Shown here in pieces: positions 48,275 to 62,950 of a stretch of 64,000 nucleotides of DNA (positions are counted from its first letter, which is position 1; every line of letters starts with the position of its first letter). Below the pieces are notes generated by a model. That model was given only the letters and a program-made list of their open reading frames with translations. It did no database searches and was not told the origin of the DNA. The translations under genes and the position numbers were made by a program. The DNA is from Macrostomum lignano (lineage: Eukaryota): assembly GCA_002269645.1 (NCBI GenBank), contig NIVC01000067.1, forward strand, positions 62,001 through 126,000, in the 5' to 3' direction.

Positions 48275-50443
48275 AGTCCATGAACAGCTGAAGCAGAATG
48301 ACGCTGCAGGATGCATTGGCGAGATGGGGAGCATTCAGTTTTTTAGCACTACGTTTGTAGCTTCCCAGTATCTCAGCTTCCGGAGTTCCGAAGACAAAAT
48401 GGTTGATTGACAAGTTTATCAATCTGATGGGTTTGCATGAACGGCTACAAGAGACCACGGATACCAGAATAACTGGATTGGCCCACTCAGCTCATTTGCG
48501 TGTAAGCTACTTCAGTTCAGTAGTGAGTTAAATAAAGGCATTTTAATGTATTTTTAAAGCCAAGGCTCAATTTATTGGCTCTTTACATCCAGCTTAAACC
48601 CTCCAACTGCGCCTTTCCGCACTACCCCCCGCCGCCCCTCCCCAATTTTTATTGCCTTTCTCGGACTTCCAGCCTAAAGCTGCCATGTACATTCAATAGA
48701 CTGGCTAATGTACATTATTGCTGAACCAATTAGCAAGTTGTTTACGCCTGCAAGCTTCGGCTTCTAATCTTATCAAAATAATTTCAGCTGACTTTATTTT
48801 TATAAAATAGCTTTTGTTTTCTTCTTTGCTACTGAACTGGAAGTAGAAAGCTGTTTTACTAAGTATATATGCCTGAGTGGCCCATCTACCTTAGTAGTTA
48901 CGAGTATTTTAGTATCTGTGCAAGAGGCATCTGTGCCAGTTGTTCCTTTATCTTTAGTGTATTTTAAAGTCTATGGCGAAACCATGGTGAAGCTATGCAA
49001 AAAAATTCTTCCCGAAAGTACAGAAGGTGAATTGAAGACCTGTAAACTTCCCGTCTCGCAAATGCATTTTTGCAGATTCGCGTTCTTTTGAGATATACCC
49101 GTAAATGCTTACAATTTTGAATTTTTTACCTACGACGATTTCTAAGAAATCTGGTTCAGTGTATTCTAGGAAATACTTGTATAAAGCTAACGCTGAATTT
49201 TTTTGGAATTTTGAATCAAAATCATTTTGAAAACTGTTTCATCGAATTTATTTATAAGGCACTAAAAATTTGACGCCCTTTTCACTGATGATGCGTTTGT
49301 TTTGTTTAATTGAATTTGTTGTTTTTTGGTTTCATTTAAACAATTAATTGTCCGTTGCTCAATAATAAAGCAATGTCCTTTTTTGCTACTGCTGTAAGTA
49401 GTGCAGTACTGCTCAATGAAATTTTACGTTACTTTCATAAGTAATAAATCTTTGTCAATGATCACTCAGCCGTTTACACCTAAAATGCGTTCGCACTGCG
49501 CAAAAGACAAATCTGCGAAATAAGAGAAATTATCGACGAAGCTCTTAGCAGCCTCGCCACGTTTTGAATATCTGATCTTCCAAGGTAAATGGAATCCGCA
49601 CTGCGCAAGCCCAACAGTCGCTCCTCAGAAAGCAATGAAGAAATTTCTGGCCACGTTCAACAGTAATGAAAGTCTGCTGTCTTCGCGCTACCAATTTTCG
49701 TACGAATAAAAGAATTAAGAGGCCGAATGTCGAGCTGCGCTTTCAGCGGTGTATTTTTAGAAGGGCAGAAGACAGGAGAAGAAAAACGGCATAAACAAGT
49801 TGAAAGGGATGAGCCAAGGAGATCCTGAAGCAGAACTTGGAGTTAACTTTCTTATTAGACTATGAACGAATTGAACGGTGTCAAACAACAACTGTTCTGT
49901 TAAGAACACGTTTTTGTTAAAATCAACTCCTGCTGATTGTGAGATTTGGTGAGTTGGCTGCTTTCAAACTCAAAATTAGCATTTAGATGAAGATTTCCTG
50001 CTCCAGATCAGAATTTTAGAATGCCTCGATTGACTAAATCAGTAGGTGGGGGAAAGAAGGAACCCGCTTCATCTAGGATTCCGCTAGCCCAGCCTCCTGT
50101 GTGGGAGGTCCAGTCAGTTTCGTTAGCAACAAAACAAAAACCGGCGTTCAGCTGCTTCTGCATCAACTGCGCGCAGATGCGGCTGCTGCTGCGATCTGCG
50201 CTGTCACGTGACAGATTGGGGTTGGCGGGGGCAGAGAGGACGGACGGGGGTGGACGAATGGGGTTTCGCCGAATCTGGGAGGCTTAGCAAGAAGCCACCG
50301 AGGGACGAAGGGACGGCAACAGTGCAGGGCATGGGATGGCATAAAAATCCCCTTTCGCTTAGCGTTGAAACCAACATCTGCGACGGCTATCCCAAACTTT
50401 CCTCGATGTTCAGACTCCGAAATTAAAAGAAAACCAGTAAGAA

Positions 50444-53400
50444 ATGACCGACCCAACGTCTGGAGAAGTTGACATTAAAAGCTGTCGAGATGAGGAGGTC
50501 CTGTCCAAGCTGGTGAGTTGGCTGGCAATGGGGACTTTCGTGTAGCTTTTCCTAACCTGATGTGACAAAAAGCTCTCCTCTACCACTGCCGGATCGCCAG
50601 CTGACTCAGACTGACGACTTTGACAAGAAGAAGCTGATCCGAGCCAGGCTGAAAGTGCTGCACGAGGAGCACGCGAGTGAGTTCATTGGAGTGCTGGCTG
50701 GTGAAGCTGCACTGTCCCCAGCTCTCATGCTCCAATCTCATCCAATCTCATCCAATCTCACCCAATGGAATCCTCACCCAATGGAATCCAATCTCACCCA
50801 ATGGAATCCAATCTCACCTAATAGAATCCAATCTCACCCAATAGAATCCAATCTCACCCAATGGAATCCAATCCCATCCAATCTACCCAAACTCATCCAA
50901 TTGAATCCAATAAAATCCAATCCCCCCCCAATCGACTCAATCTCACCCAATCGAATCCAATCTCACCAAATGGAATCCAATCACCCAATCTCACCCAATC
51001 TCACTCAATGGAATCCAATTGAATCCAATCAAATCCAATCTCACCCAATCGACCCAATCTCACCCAATCGAATCCAATCTCACTTAAATCGAATCTAATC
51101 TCACCCAATGGAATCCAATCTCACCCAATGGAATCCAATCTCACCCAATGGAATCCAATCCCATCCAATCTACCCAAACTCATCCAATTGAATCCAATAA
51201 AATCCAATCCACCCAATCGACTCAATCTCACCCAATCGAATTCAATCTCACCAAATGGAATCCAATCACCCAATCTCACCCAATCTCACTCAATGGAATC
51301 CAATTGAATCCAATCAAATCCAATCTCACCCAAACGACCCAATCTCACCCAATCGAATCCAATCTCACTTAAATCGAATCTAATCTCACCCAATCGAAGC
51401 AAATCTCACCCAATCGAATCCAATCTCAACCAATCGAATCAAATCTCAACCAATCGAATCCAATCTCACCAAATCTCACTCCAACTTGTCGCCCAGTCTC
51501 ACCCAGCTTCAGCCAAATCCACCTCTTCTAGAAGCCTACGAGGAGAAGAAGAAGTCGCACGCGACTGTGGACCCGGTTGCTATGCGGGCCAAGCAGGCGG
51601 AGGAGGCGAAGGCTCGCCAGATGAAGGGTTTCCAGGAAATGGCCAAGCAGTCGGCTGGCGCGGTGCACAAGGACGACTCTGTGAAGGCCAGGGCGGAGCA
51701 GGCGCAGAAGGACAAGGAGGCTGAGCTGAGGAACTACCAGGAGCTGGTGAGTGAGGGTGGGTGAGATTGGAGGCAGAAAGATAGAGGCGAGCGCGAAGAT
51801 TGGGTGAAATTTGGTGAGATTTCATGGGATTGGGTGAGACTTAGTGATAGTTGGTGAGATTGAGTGAAATTTGAGGAGATTTATGACATTGATTAAGATT
51901 AGGTGATAATTAGTGAAATTGGGTGAGACTGGATGAGGTTGAGTGATATTTGGTGAGATTTGGTGAGATTTGGTGAGATTTGGTGAGATTTGGTGAGATT
52001 TGGTGAGATTGAGTGAGATTTAGGTGAGACTAGATAGATAGATAGATACCGATAGACCATTTTTAGAATATGGATTGAGTGAGATTGGTTAAGATTGGGT
52101 GGATTTGGTGAGATCTGGTGAGATTTAGGTGATATTGGGTGAGATTGGGTGAGATTGGGTGGATTTTGTGAGTTTTGGTGAGATTTGGTGAGATTGGGTG
52201 AGATTAGGTGAGATTGGGTGAGATTGGATGAGATTGGGTGAGATTGGGTGAGATTGGGTGAGATTGGTTGAGATTAGGTGAGATTGGATGAGATTGGGTG
52301 AGATTGAGTGAGATTGGATGAGATTGGGTGAGATTGGGTGAGATTGGGTGAGATTGGGTGAGATTAGGTGAGATTAGGTGAGATTTAATCAGTTGTACTC
52401 TGTACACCTTCCTGAGCAATCAATGAGGATATCAGTTCGCAGTGATGGTGAAGGCCTTGGACATCGTGAGAAGGCAGGCCCAGCTTGCAGGCATCACTGA
52501 GTGAGGCTGTTCCGATGCAACTGCCGCAGTCGCCCTGATCACCTTTGCAGGCCAAGACGCCGGGCGCCGGCGCAGTGCAGGGCAGCTCGGAGCGAGTCCG
52601 CCGCATGGAGACCGAGGCGGCCGCCGAGTCCAAGGCGCGCCAGCTGCGCCAGTTCGACCAGATGGCTAAGCACGTGGACTCGCCCGGCACTATTGTGGCC
52701 AACGAGGGTGAGATTTGACTGAGAGAGAGTTAGATTGTGAGCTTGGTTGCGATTTTCTGGTATATCGGATGATATTGGGAGGGACTAGGTGAGATTGGGT
52801 GAGATTTGCTGAGATTTTGTGAGATTTTGTGGATTGGCTAAGATTTATTGAGATTGATTGAGATTGGGTGAGATTAGATGAGATTTATTGAGATTTTGTG
52901 AGATTTGGGTAAGATTTGGGTGAGATTGGGTGAGATTTAGGTGAGATTTAGTGAGATCGGGTTGAGATAGAGAGAGATTGGGTGGGACTTGTTGAGATTG
53001 TGGTGAGATTTAGATGAGATTGGGTGAGAGAAGGATGAGATTGGGATGAGATTTGGGTGAGATTGGGTGAGATTGGGTGAGATTGGGTGAGATTGGGTGA
53101 GATTGGGTGAGATTGGGTGAGATTGGGTGAGATTGGATGAGATTTGGTGAGATGGGGTGAGATTGGGGTGAGATTAGGGTCAGATTTTGGGTGAGATTAG
53201 GGTGAAATAAGAAGATGGCTGACATTAACTGAGACTGGATGCGACTGGGTGAGAAAGGAAGACAGTGGATGAGAATAGATGTGATCTATTGAGATTGAGA
53301 TTGGGTGAGATTCTCTGAAATCCTTGCAATCGCATCAAAGACTCAGGGCAAAGCAGTGCCATCGGCACTTCAAACGAGCTCCAAGTTCACAGTGGCAACT

Positions 53401-56224
53401 CAAAGCATGATGCCATTTTTGTTGCATTTTTTGGACAAATTTATTCTATTGGCTTCGCGCTAATCGGCCGCAAAATTTCTGTTTTGCTTCAAGCCGCTTT
53501 TTTTGTCTCCCCCAAGCCGACACAAATGCAATTGAAACCTTACAAACTTCCAGAGAGTCATAGTCAGAAAGTATTTGAGCACACAGTCGCTAAGACCTCA
53601 CCTGGAGGAGCTCCAGCTGGTGAGGAATCATTGGAATGTTTGCATTATCCAAAGAATTTGAAATACTGAATCAGCTCTTACCTACCTGCACAACTCTCTT
53701 ATCTTACCTCAAATCGGTTAATACCTGTGCATGAATTCCACTGCTGTGACCGGAGTGGCGAAGTTAACAAATTAAAACAATAATCTGCGCATGTCTGTTG
53801 GAGCGGTACAGAAATAATAAAAGTATCGAAAGGTGTATAAAAGTTTCAGTTAACATTCACAAGCATGGCCTGCCCTGGAAAAAATTAGCCGAAGAGCCGC
53901 AAATCACGTTCTGCACTAACCCGAAACACCCAGGCCGCCCGAGAGCCGTGGGCAGCCAACCGGGAGGGGGCCGGCCCAAGTCGGCTATGAGCGCCTTCAA
54001 GGCGATGGACAATGCCAATAATCCCGAGGCGGCTAAGGCTGCGCCAGCGTGAGTACAGTTGGTGTACATTCATGGTGTACAGAGTGGGGTGGCTTGTCAA
54101 CTGGAGTGAATGTACATTCTTGGAGTGAGGTGGGTGGTTTCTTAACTGAAGCGAATGTAACATTCTTGGGGTGATGTGGGTGGCTTGTCAACTGGAACGA
54201 ATGTACATTCTTGGAGTGAGGTGGGTGGCTTGTCAACTGGAGTGAATGTACATTCTTGGGGTGATGTGAGTGGCTGTCAACTGGAGTGAATGTACATTCT
54301 TGGAGTGAGGTGAGGGGCTTGTCAACTTGAGCGAATGTATAAGTAAGTAGGGGCTGCTGGTACGCCGTATTTCGGTGCCTCGCAAATCCCCATATTGCTG
54401 ATTCTTTCAGCTACCTGCAGGCCGGAAGTCGCCAGCCTGCGGCCAGAGGCGGAGTCACCAGAAACCCCAGCCAGATCAAGCAGATGCTGCTGGAGTGGTG
54501 CCAGGCCGCCACTAAAAACTACAAAGACAAGGTTTCATAACTATCGCTTGTAAACGTTTGTTTTCAAATGCTGATTTTTCACAACTGTTTGTGAATGATT
54601 TCAGGGCGTCTGCGTGACCAACTTCAGCAGCTCCTGGTCTGACGGTCTGGCCTTCTGCGCGCTCATCCACAATTTCCACCCGGATTCGTTCAACTTCGAC
54701 GAGCTCAAAGCCAGCGAGAGGCGGAAGAATTTCCAGCTCGCCTTCGACACGGCGGAGTGAGTGGGGGACTGAGACTGTGAGACTGGGACTGTGAGACTGG
54801 GACTGTGAGACTGGGACTGTGAGACTGTGAGATTGTAAGACTGTGAGACTGGGACTGTGAGACTGTGAGATTGTAAGACTGGGACTGTGAGACTGTGAGA
54901 CTGTGAGACTGGGACTGTGAGACTGTGAGACTGTGAGACTGGGACTGTGAGACTGTGAGACTGTGAGACTGGGACTGTGAGACTGTGAGACTGTGAGACT
55001 GTGAGACTGGGACTGTGAGACTGTGACTGTGAGACTGTGAGACTGTGAGACTGTGAGACTGGGACTGTGAGACTGTGAGACTGTGAGACTGGGACTGTGA
55101 GACTGTGAGACTGTGAGACTGGGACTGTGAGACTGTGAGACTGTGAGACTGTGAGACTGGGACTGTGAGACTGTGACTGTGAGACTGTGAGACTGTGAGA
55201 CTGTGAGACTGGGACTGTGAGACTGTGAGACTGTGAGACTGGGACTGTGAGACTGTGAGACTGTGAGACTGGGACTGTGAGACTGTGAGACTGTGAGACT
55301 GGGACTGTGAGACTGTGAGACTGGGACTGTGAGACTGGGACTGTGAGACTGTGAGACTGTGAGACTGGGACTGTGAGACTGGGATTGTGAGACTGTGAGA
55401 CTGTGAGACTGGGACTGTGAGACTGTGAGACTGGGACTGTGAGACTGGGATTGTGAGATTGGGACTGTGAGACTCTGAGACTGTGAGACTGTGAGACTGT
55501 GAGACTGTGAGACTGTGAGACTGTGAGACTGTGAGACTGTGAGACTGTGAGACTGTGAGACTGTGAGACTGTGAGACTGTGAGACTGGAACTGTGAGACT
55601 CTGAGACTGGAACTGTGAGACTATGAGACTGTGAGACTGGAACTGTGAGACTATGAGACTGTGAGACTGGAACTGTGAGACTATGAGACTGTGAGACTGT
55701 GAGACTGTGAGACTGTGAGACTGTGAGACTGTGAGACTGGGACTGTGAAACTGTGAGACTTTGACTGTGAGACTGTGAGACTGTGAGACTGTGAGACTGT
55801 GAGACTGTGAGACTGGGACTGTGAAACTGTGAGACTTTGACTGTGAGACTGTGAGACTGTGAGACTGTGAGACTGTGAGACTGGAACTGTGAGACTATGA
55901 GACTGGGACTGTGAGACTGTGAGACTGTGAGACTGTGAGACTGTGAGACTGTGAGACTGTGAGACTGGAACTGCGAGACTATGAGACTCTGAGACTGTGA
56001 GACTGTGAGACTATGAGAACATGACTGAGAATTTTACCTCCCACAGGAAAGTGGCAGACATTGCCCCCCTGCTAGACGTGGAGGACATGATGAAGATGAA
56101 GAATCCGGACTGGAAATGCGTCTTCACCTACGTGCAGTCCTTCTACCGAAAGTTCCGCTCCGTGCCGCTGTCCTCCGCTCCACCGGCGGCGGCGGATGGC
56201 GAGAAAGCGGAGGCTGAGGCTTGA
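50444..56224 (+). CDS. SMTN: Smoothelin-like protein (N-terminal smoothelin domain, C-terminal type-2 calponin-homology domain), 9 exons, 382 aa
   Basis: Exons 50444-50512, 50601-50676, 51532-51746, 52551-52707, 53554-53619, 53934-54048, 54411-54531, 54605-54756 and 56047-56224. Motifs DEEVLSKLLTQTDDFDKKKLIRARLKVL and IKQMLLEWC...NFSSSWSDGLAFCALIH...NFQLAFDTAE...LLDVEDM...PDWKCVFTYVQSFY. Confidence 0.88.
50735..53310. repeat. Decamer arrays: (aatctcaccc)-like at 50735-51500; reverse complement (gggtgagatt) at 51790-52385 and 52710-53310
   Basis: C/A-rich array in intron 2, G/T-rich arrays in introns 3 and 4 of the smoothelin-like gene. Confidence 0.9.
54085..54335. repeat. ~45-bp minisatellite (gtggcttgtcaactggagtgaatgtacattcttggagtgaggtgg), about 5-6 units, intron 6
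   Basis: ggcttgtcaactgg recurs near 54091, 54182 and 54227. Confidence 0.85.
54765..56020. repeat. 8-bp-based repeat (gactgtga with gactgg variants) filling intron 8
   Basis: Direct inspection. Confidence 0.97.
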
Positions 56225-56617
56225 GCAGGATTTGAAGAACCATAAGCACAACGCGTACGGCACTGTTTCCACACCTGCTTGCATGCAGACGCAGCTTTAG
56301 CTTTTCTTAGTCATTTTATTAGTCGCAATACGTGTATTTCTCTTTCAGAAACAGTGTGTTTGCTGGTTTGCAGTGCCCATTATTTATTCATTAAAGCGCT
56401 TGAGCCATACCGAATGCAGCAATCATTGTTTACGATTTGAAGGATCGGGAATTCGTACTAGTTTACCTTAGTGCTTTATGTACTTTTTACACAGATTTTC
56501 ACTGGACTTTATGACCTGCACCCCTACAATAACTAATGTACAATACATATGCATGATTTCTCCTAGTTAGCGATGCCGCTGGTTATTGCGTCATATCATT
56601 TTAGCCTTATTTCTTAT

Positions 56618-56788
56618 GGATAGATAGATAGATAGATAGATAGATAGTAGATGGCGAGAAAGAGCGAGCGAAGCGAGCTCTTTCGAGCTTGCTTGCCGCA
56701 GCCAATCAAGCTGAAAGCACGCACACAGGATCACCGGAAACGATTAAGGCAGCTGGAAAGCCAATGGGCGCGCTATGGATAGCTTATG

Positions 56789-56824
<36 letters not shown>

Positions 56825-56884
56825 TATAGATAGATAGATAGGTAAATAGATAAATAGATAGATAGATAGATAGATAGATAGATG

Positions 56885-56933
<49 letters not shown>

Positions 56934-57233
56934 TAGATAGCGAGAAAGAGCGAGCGAAGCGAGCTCTTTCGAGCTTGCTTGCCGCAGCCAATCAAGCTGA
57001 AAGCACGCACACAAGATCACCGGAAACGATTAAGGCAGCTGGAAAGCCAATGGGCACGGTAAGCGCTTTTATCCAGAGGAACTACCTGCTGGAACCAGCC
57101 ATGCCGAACGAAAATCAGACTACTCAAGTAGTGCAAAAGAGTACGTGCAACTACCGAGAAATCTAATTTTCGTAACCGCTCCGGTGCAGGTCCTGGCTAT
57201 AGATAGTAGATAGCGAGAAAGAGCGAGCGAAGC

Positions 57234-57313
<80 letters not shown>

Positions 57314-57330
57314 CATAGATACATAGATTA
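56618..57330. repeat. (ATAG)n microsatellites interleaved with a duplicated ~125-bp cassette
   Basis: The cassette agtagat(g/a)gcgagaaagagcgagcgaagcgagctctttcg...ggaaagccaatgggc occurs near 56646 and 56932, with a truncated third copy near 57205. Confidence 0.85.
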
Positions 57331-58429
57331 CTATGAGTAGGATAACTAGACTCTACATTTCTGAGAAAGCAGTTCAGATGCCAATCTACATTAATTTGCA
57401 CCTCAAGTCTGTGAATAAAGAGACTCCAGTGCGCCTCCCTTAAGCTGCATAAGTGTAAAAGATGAGCCAGAGTCAGGGGCCCTTGACTCCCGAGCCTGAG
57501 GTTCCCCGCGAATTCGGAGGGCAACTGTCTGATTGATTCGCTGAGCTCCCGCGGCCCTCAAAGTTGGGGCTTCTCAGCTCCTCGCGGGGTCATAAATTCA
57601 CGGACTATCTCTTCCGCGCGCCAAAGAATTTAATTTCATTTCATTTGCTTTCATTTGATTGAACAGGTCATAAAATTTGATGAACGAGCTTCTACTAGAG
57701 GGGGGCAAATTAGCCAACCGGCCTCTTCACCCCGGCATTTGGCAACTCCGCTGAAAATCCTCAGTCCGCATCGCTCTTTATTCCCACCAATATTCTTGGC
57801 TGAATATTGCGCTCGATTTCTTTGAGCCATTTTCGCAGCAGCCGGGAAATTTGTCTGCTGGCCGCTTCCAATTTGTAGAAGCGGGAGATGTTTGCCCGAA
57901 AGAGGCGGTCGGGAGGGGAGAAAAAGCAATCATAAATCCTTTGGGGATTCGGTGCTGCGAAGGAGCAGCGAGAGATGCGGAGTCGATGAGGACACCAAGG
58001 CGCCATCCATCAGGGGCGGGGTGGCGCCCCAGCTCCTCCTCCCAGCATCCGCGCAGCCTCATCATCATCATCCGGGGTCCCTCCCTCCCCTACCCTCCGC
58101 CCCATATTCACGTGGGAGAATCGCCCCCCTCGATTTCATCTAAGCGAGCAGCAGCAGCCCATTAATCGAATGGACGCGGGGTTCGCCTGATTAAAACTCA
58201 ACGCTCTGGCATGCCAATTGAGTGGCGCTTGTTCCCGATCGCTCCCAGCTCATCCCAGTGATTCCCCTATGGGTTCGCAAGCGTTGGGGTCGCTAATTTT
58301 CATTTGTTTCAATGCAATTTTATAAAGAGTCAAGTTGCTGTTACAATTTTAGATAACAACAACTCTTTCGAGCATGTTCGAGCTCAAATTCGATAAGCAG
58401 AGGGAGATAAGATGGTGAGGGAGAGAGAC

Positions 58430-59345
<916 letters not shown>

Positions 59346-59915
59346 GGGAGCCCAGACGGCAGCCACCGAGACTGGTGCGCCAAGCGCCAAGCGACATAAA
59401 AAATCGACATTCACAAAGGATTTCGGCTCGCGACAAATAAATGGAGAGATAAGAGAGAAAGGCATTGATGGAGAGACCGGCCGTGGACCCCTGAGCAGGC
59501 AGTTTGTTATCGTTTGTGCTAATCGAGGCTGGGAAATATTGCCTTGTTATCCCCACCCAGACGAGAAGCCATCGGCGCTGCAATTGATCTTATTGGCGCC
59601 CTTATCTCGGCCAAGAATTCGCTTCAATTTATCCGCAACCCTCCGCTCTCTTTAGCGAATCGATTATGATGAGGCCCTGGTCCCAGCCTCATTCAAATCA
59701 GGCTTATCGCTTAACTATTTGCTGCCTATTTGGGCCCGGGTGTTAGGGCTCACAATGACACCAGCCGCCCCATGCCGCCTTCTGCAGGCTCAATCTTTAT
59801 TTCCATCTCGCCACCGCCGCGTCAGGGACCGAATCGTGGCAACCGTGACAATTCTGCCTGTGCAATTTGGCCTCTTAGTGCCGGCATTGAGTCCGGCTGC
59901 TCGGATTGGGCCTTG

Positions 59916-60670
59916 GTGTCTCACTCTCTCAACTGGTGTCTCACTCTCTCAACTGGTGTCTCACTCTCTCGACTGGTGTCTCACTCTCTCGACTGGTGTC
60001 TCACTCTCTCGACTGGTGTCTCACTCTCTCGACTGGTGTCTCACTCTCTCAACTAGTGTCTCACTCTCTCGACTGGTGTCTCACTCTCTCAACTGGTGTC
60101 TCACTCTCTCAACTGGTGTCTCACTCTCTTAACTGGCGTCTCACTCTCTCAACTGGTGTCTCACTTTCTCAACTGGTGTCTCACTCTCTCGACTGGTGTC
60201 TCACTCTCTCAACTGGTGTCTCACTCTCTCAACTGGTGTCTCACTCCTTCGACTGGTGTTTCACTCTCTCGACTAGTGTCTCACTCTCTCAACTGGTGTC
60301 TCACTCTCTCGACTGGTGTCTCACTCTCTCGACTAGTGTCTCACTCTCTCAACTGGTGTCTCACTCCTTCGACTGGTGTTTCACTTTCTCGACTAGTGTC
60401 TCACTCTCTCAACTAGTGTCTCACTCTCTCGACTGGTGTCTCACTCTCTCGACTAGTGTCTCACTCTCTCAACTGGTGTCTCACTCTCTCGACTGGTGTC
60501 TCACTCTCTCGACTGGTGTCTCACTCTCTCGACTGGTGTCTCACTCTCTCGATTGGTGTCTCACTCTCTCGACTGGTGTCTCACTCTCTCAACTGGTGTC
60601 TAACTCTCTCGACTGGTGTCTCACTCTCTCAACTGGTGTCTCACTCTCTCAACTGGTGTCTCACTCTCTC
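59916..60670. repeat. 20-bp minisatellite (tcactctctcgactggtgtc), about 37 units
   Basis: Columnar 20-bp period. Confidence 0.97.
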
Positions 60671-61129
60671 CCATGTCTCACTCCCCGTCTGTCTCACTTT
60701 CCCCTAAACCTTTGTGTTCGGCCATTTCAGTCTCTATCTTTGCCTCTTACACAGCTGCCCCTTCATCTTCACATATGCTGTTGTGGTTGTTCCTGAATCG
60801 TAAAAATTTGCCCCATTAAAAAACGAAGTCCAGGCTCAATGACAAGCTGGCAATCAAATTGTCGCTAGACTCGAGTAATAAAAACTCAAGCTTTAAATAG
60901 TTGCTATGCGCTATGAAGGAGCGCGGAATTCTGCGAGTTCGCATTTTTGTCATGATTTTTGTGTTCAGCCGAGAAAGAGGCCTGCTAAATGGCAATAGTC
61001 TATGGCCTTGACTGCATGTGGGACAGCTCATACGAGAGCTATAAAATTGAGCTGTTCTTCTTGATTTGTTGAAGTTGCAATTCCTTTCAAGATTTTAGAT
61101 GGGACAAGAGTTGCTAGAGGTGACAAGGG

Positions 61130-62068
61130 GTGCATGAAGGCGTGCTGGAAGAGGGCTGGGGTGCATGAAGGCGTGCTAGAAGAGGACTTGAGTGCATGAA
61201 GGCGTGCTAGAAGAGGGCTGGAGTGCATGAATGCGTGCTAGAAGAGGGCTGGAGTGCATGAAGGCGTGCTAGAAGAGGACTTGAGTGCATGAAGGCGTGC
61301 TAGAAGAGGGCTGGAGTGCATGAATGCGTGCTAGAAGAGGACTTGAGTGCATGAAGGCGTGCTAGAAGAGGGCTGGAGTGCATGAAGGCGTGCTAGAAGA
61401 GGGCTGGAGTGCATGAAGGCGTGCTAGAAGAGGGCTGGAGTGCATGAAGGCGTGCTAGAAGAGGGCTGGAGTGCATGAAGGCGTGCTAGAAGAGGGCTGG
61501 AGTGCATGAAGGCGTGCTAGAAGAGGGCTGGAGTGCATGAAGGCGTGCTAGAAGAGGACTTGAGTGCATGAAGGCGTGCTAGAAGAGGGCTGGAGTGCAT
61601 GAATGCGTGCTAGAAGAGGGCTGGAGTGCATGAAGGCGTGCTAGAAGAGGGCTGGAGTGCATGAAGGCGTGCTAGAAGAGGGCTGGAGTGCATGAAGGCG
61701 TGCTAGAAGAGGACTTGAGTGCATGAAGGCGTGCTAGAAGAGGGCTGGAGTGCATGAATGCGTGCTAGAAGAGGGCTGGAGTGCATGAAGGCGTGCTAGA
61801 AGAGGGCTGGAGTGCATGAAGGCGTGCTAGAAGAGGGCTGGAGTGCATGAAGGCGTGCTAGAAGAGGGCTGGAGTGCATGAAGGCGTGCTAGAAGAGGGC
61901 TGGAGTGCATGAAGGCGTGCTAGAAGAGGACTTGAGTGCATGAAGGCGTGCTAGAAGAGGGCTGGAGTGCATGAATGCGTGCTAGAAGAGGGCTGGAGTG
62001 CATGAAGGCGTGCTAGAAGAGGGCTGTGGTGCATGAAGGCGTGCTAGAAAAGGTCTGGGGTGCATGAG
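61130..62068. repeat. 31-bp minisatellite (gcatgaaggcgtgctagaagagggctggagt), about 30 units
   Basis: Period 31 (61381 to 61412). The variant unit gacttgagt is usually followed by an aatgcgtg variant, suggesting higher-order structure. Confidence 0.97.
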
Positions 62069-62585
62069 TCAATGTTTAGGTAAAATAATTTGTATCGTAA
62101 TTTTTTTAAACACAAAAGCGAGTTCCGATTTGAAATTTATATTTTAATTATTGGCACCGGCAGGCCGCCCGCTTCAATCAAATATTGCCATTTTTGCAGT
62201 TGAGCTCCACTCGCATGACTGACGGGGCAGAATTAATCAGAGATGCAGGAAGGATACGGTTAGGATTGACTGTGATCCCCCCATTGTTTGTGCATCCCAA
62301 GCCAACTGCGCCCAAAAATTCAACACGGATGGACAGGTGAACTGTGGAACGAAATTCGACCAATTTTTATCAAGCACGCCTCGCTGCTTATTGGCCCTCT
62401 GGGACACCGGCAAAGGCCAAGCATTGGAACAATGGCGCTTTGACAGATTCCCAATAAAACTTCCATTGTTTGGCAATCCGAAGTCATCAATAAATTTGCA
62501 GAATTTCACAGCCCAAATGTCGGTCGATGCTGGCTGGCTTCGATACTTTTGATATTCAATTCGAAACTGGAACACATGCCAAGGA

Positions 62586-62950
62586 AGTGCCATTAGATGT
62601 GTTATAAGTGCCATTAGATGTGTTATAAGTGCCATTAGATGTGTTATAAGTGCCATTAGATGTGTTATAAGTGCCATTAGATGTGTTATAAGTGCCATTA
62701 GATGTGTTATAAGTGCCATTAGATGTGTTATAAGTGCCATTAGATGTGTTATAAGTGCCATTAGATATGTTATAAGTGCCATTAGATGTGTCATAAGTGC
62801 CATTAGATGTGTTATAAGTGCCATTAGATGTGTTGGAGGCGCCATTAGATGTGTTATAAGTGCCATTAGATGTGTTAGAGGCGCCATTAGATCTGTTAGA
62901 GGCGCCATTAGATGTATTAGAGGCGTCATTAGATAAGTCGGAGGCGCCAT
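62586..62950. repeat. 21-bp minisatellite (gtgccattagatgtgttataa), about 17 units
   Basis: Perfect units on the left, decaying to gcgccattag...agag on the right. Confidence 0.95.

Noticed and set aside
46939-48458. Minus-strand ORFs through the 63-bp array and the GC-rich block
   Set aside because: The translation changes repeat frame at the 62-bp unit. Codon bias favours the plus-strand ORF 47756-48274.
50562-53225. PIESN/SHPISPNLTQ repeat ORFs
   Set aside because: These are read-through of intronic decamer arrays; the real exons are delimited by GT-AG sites.
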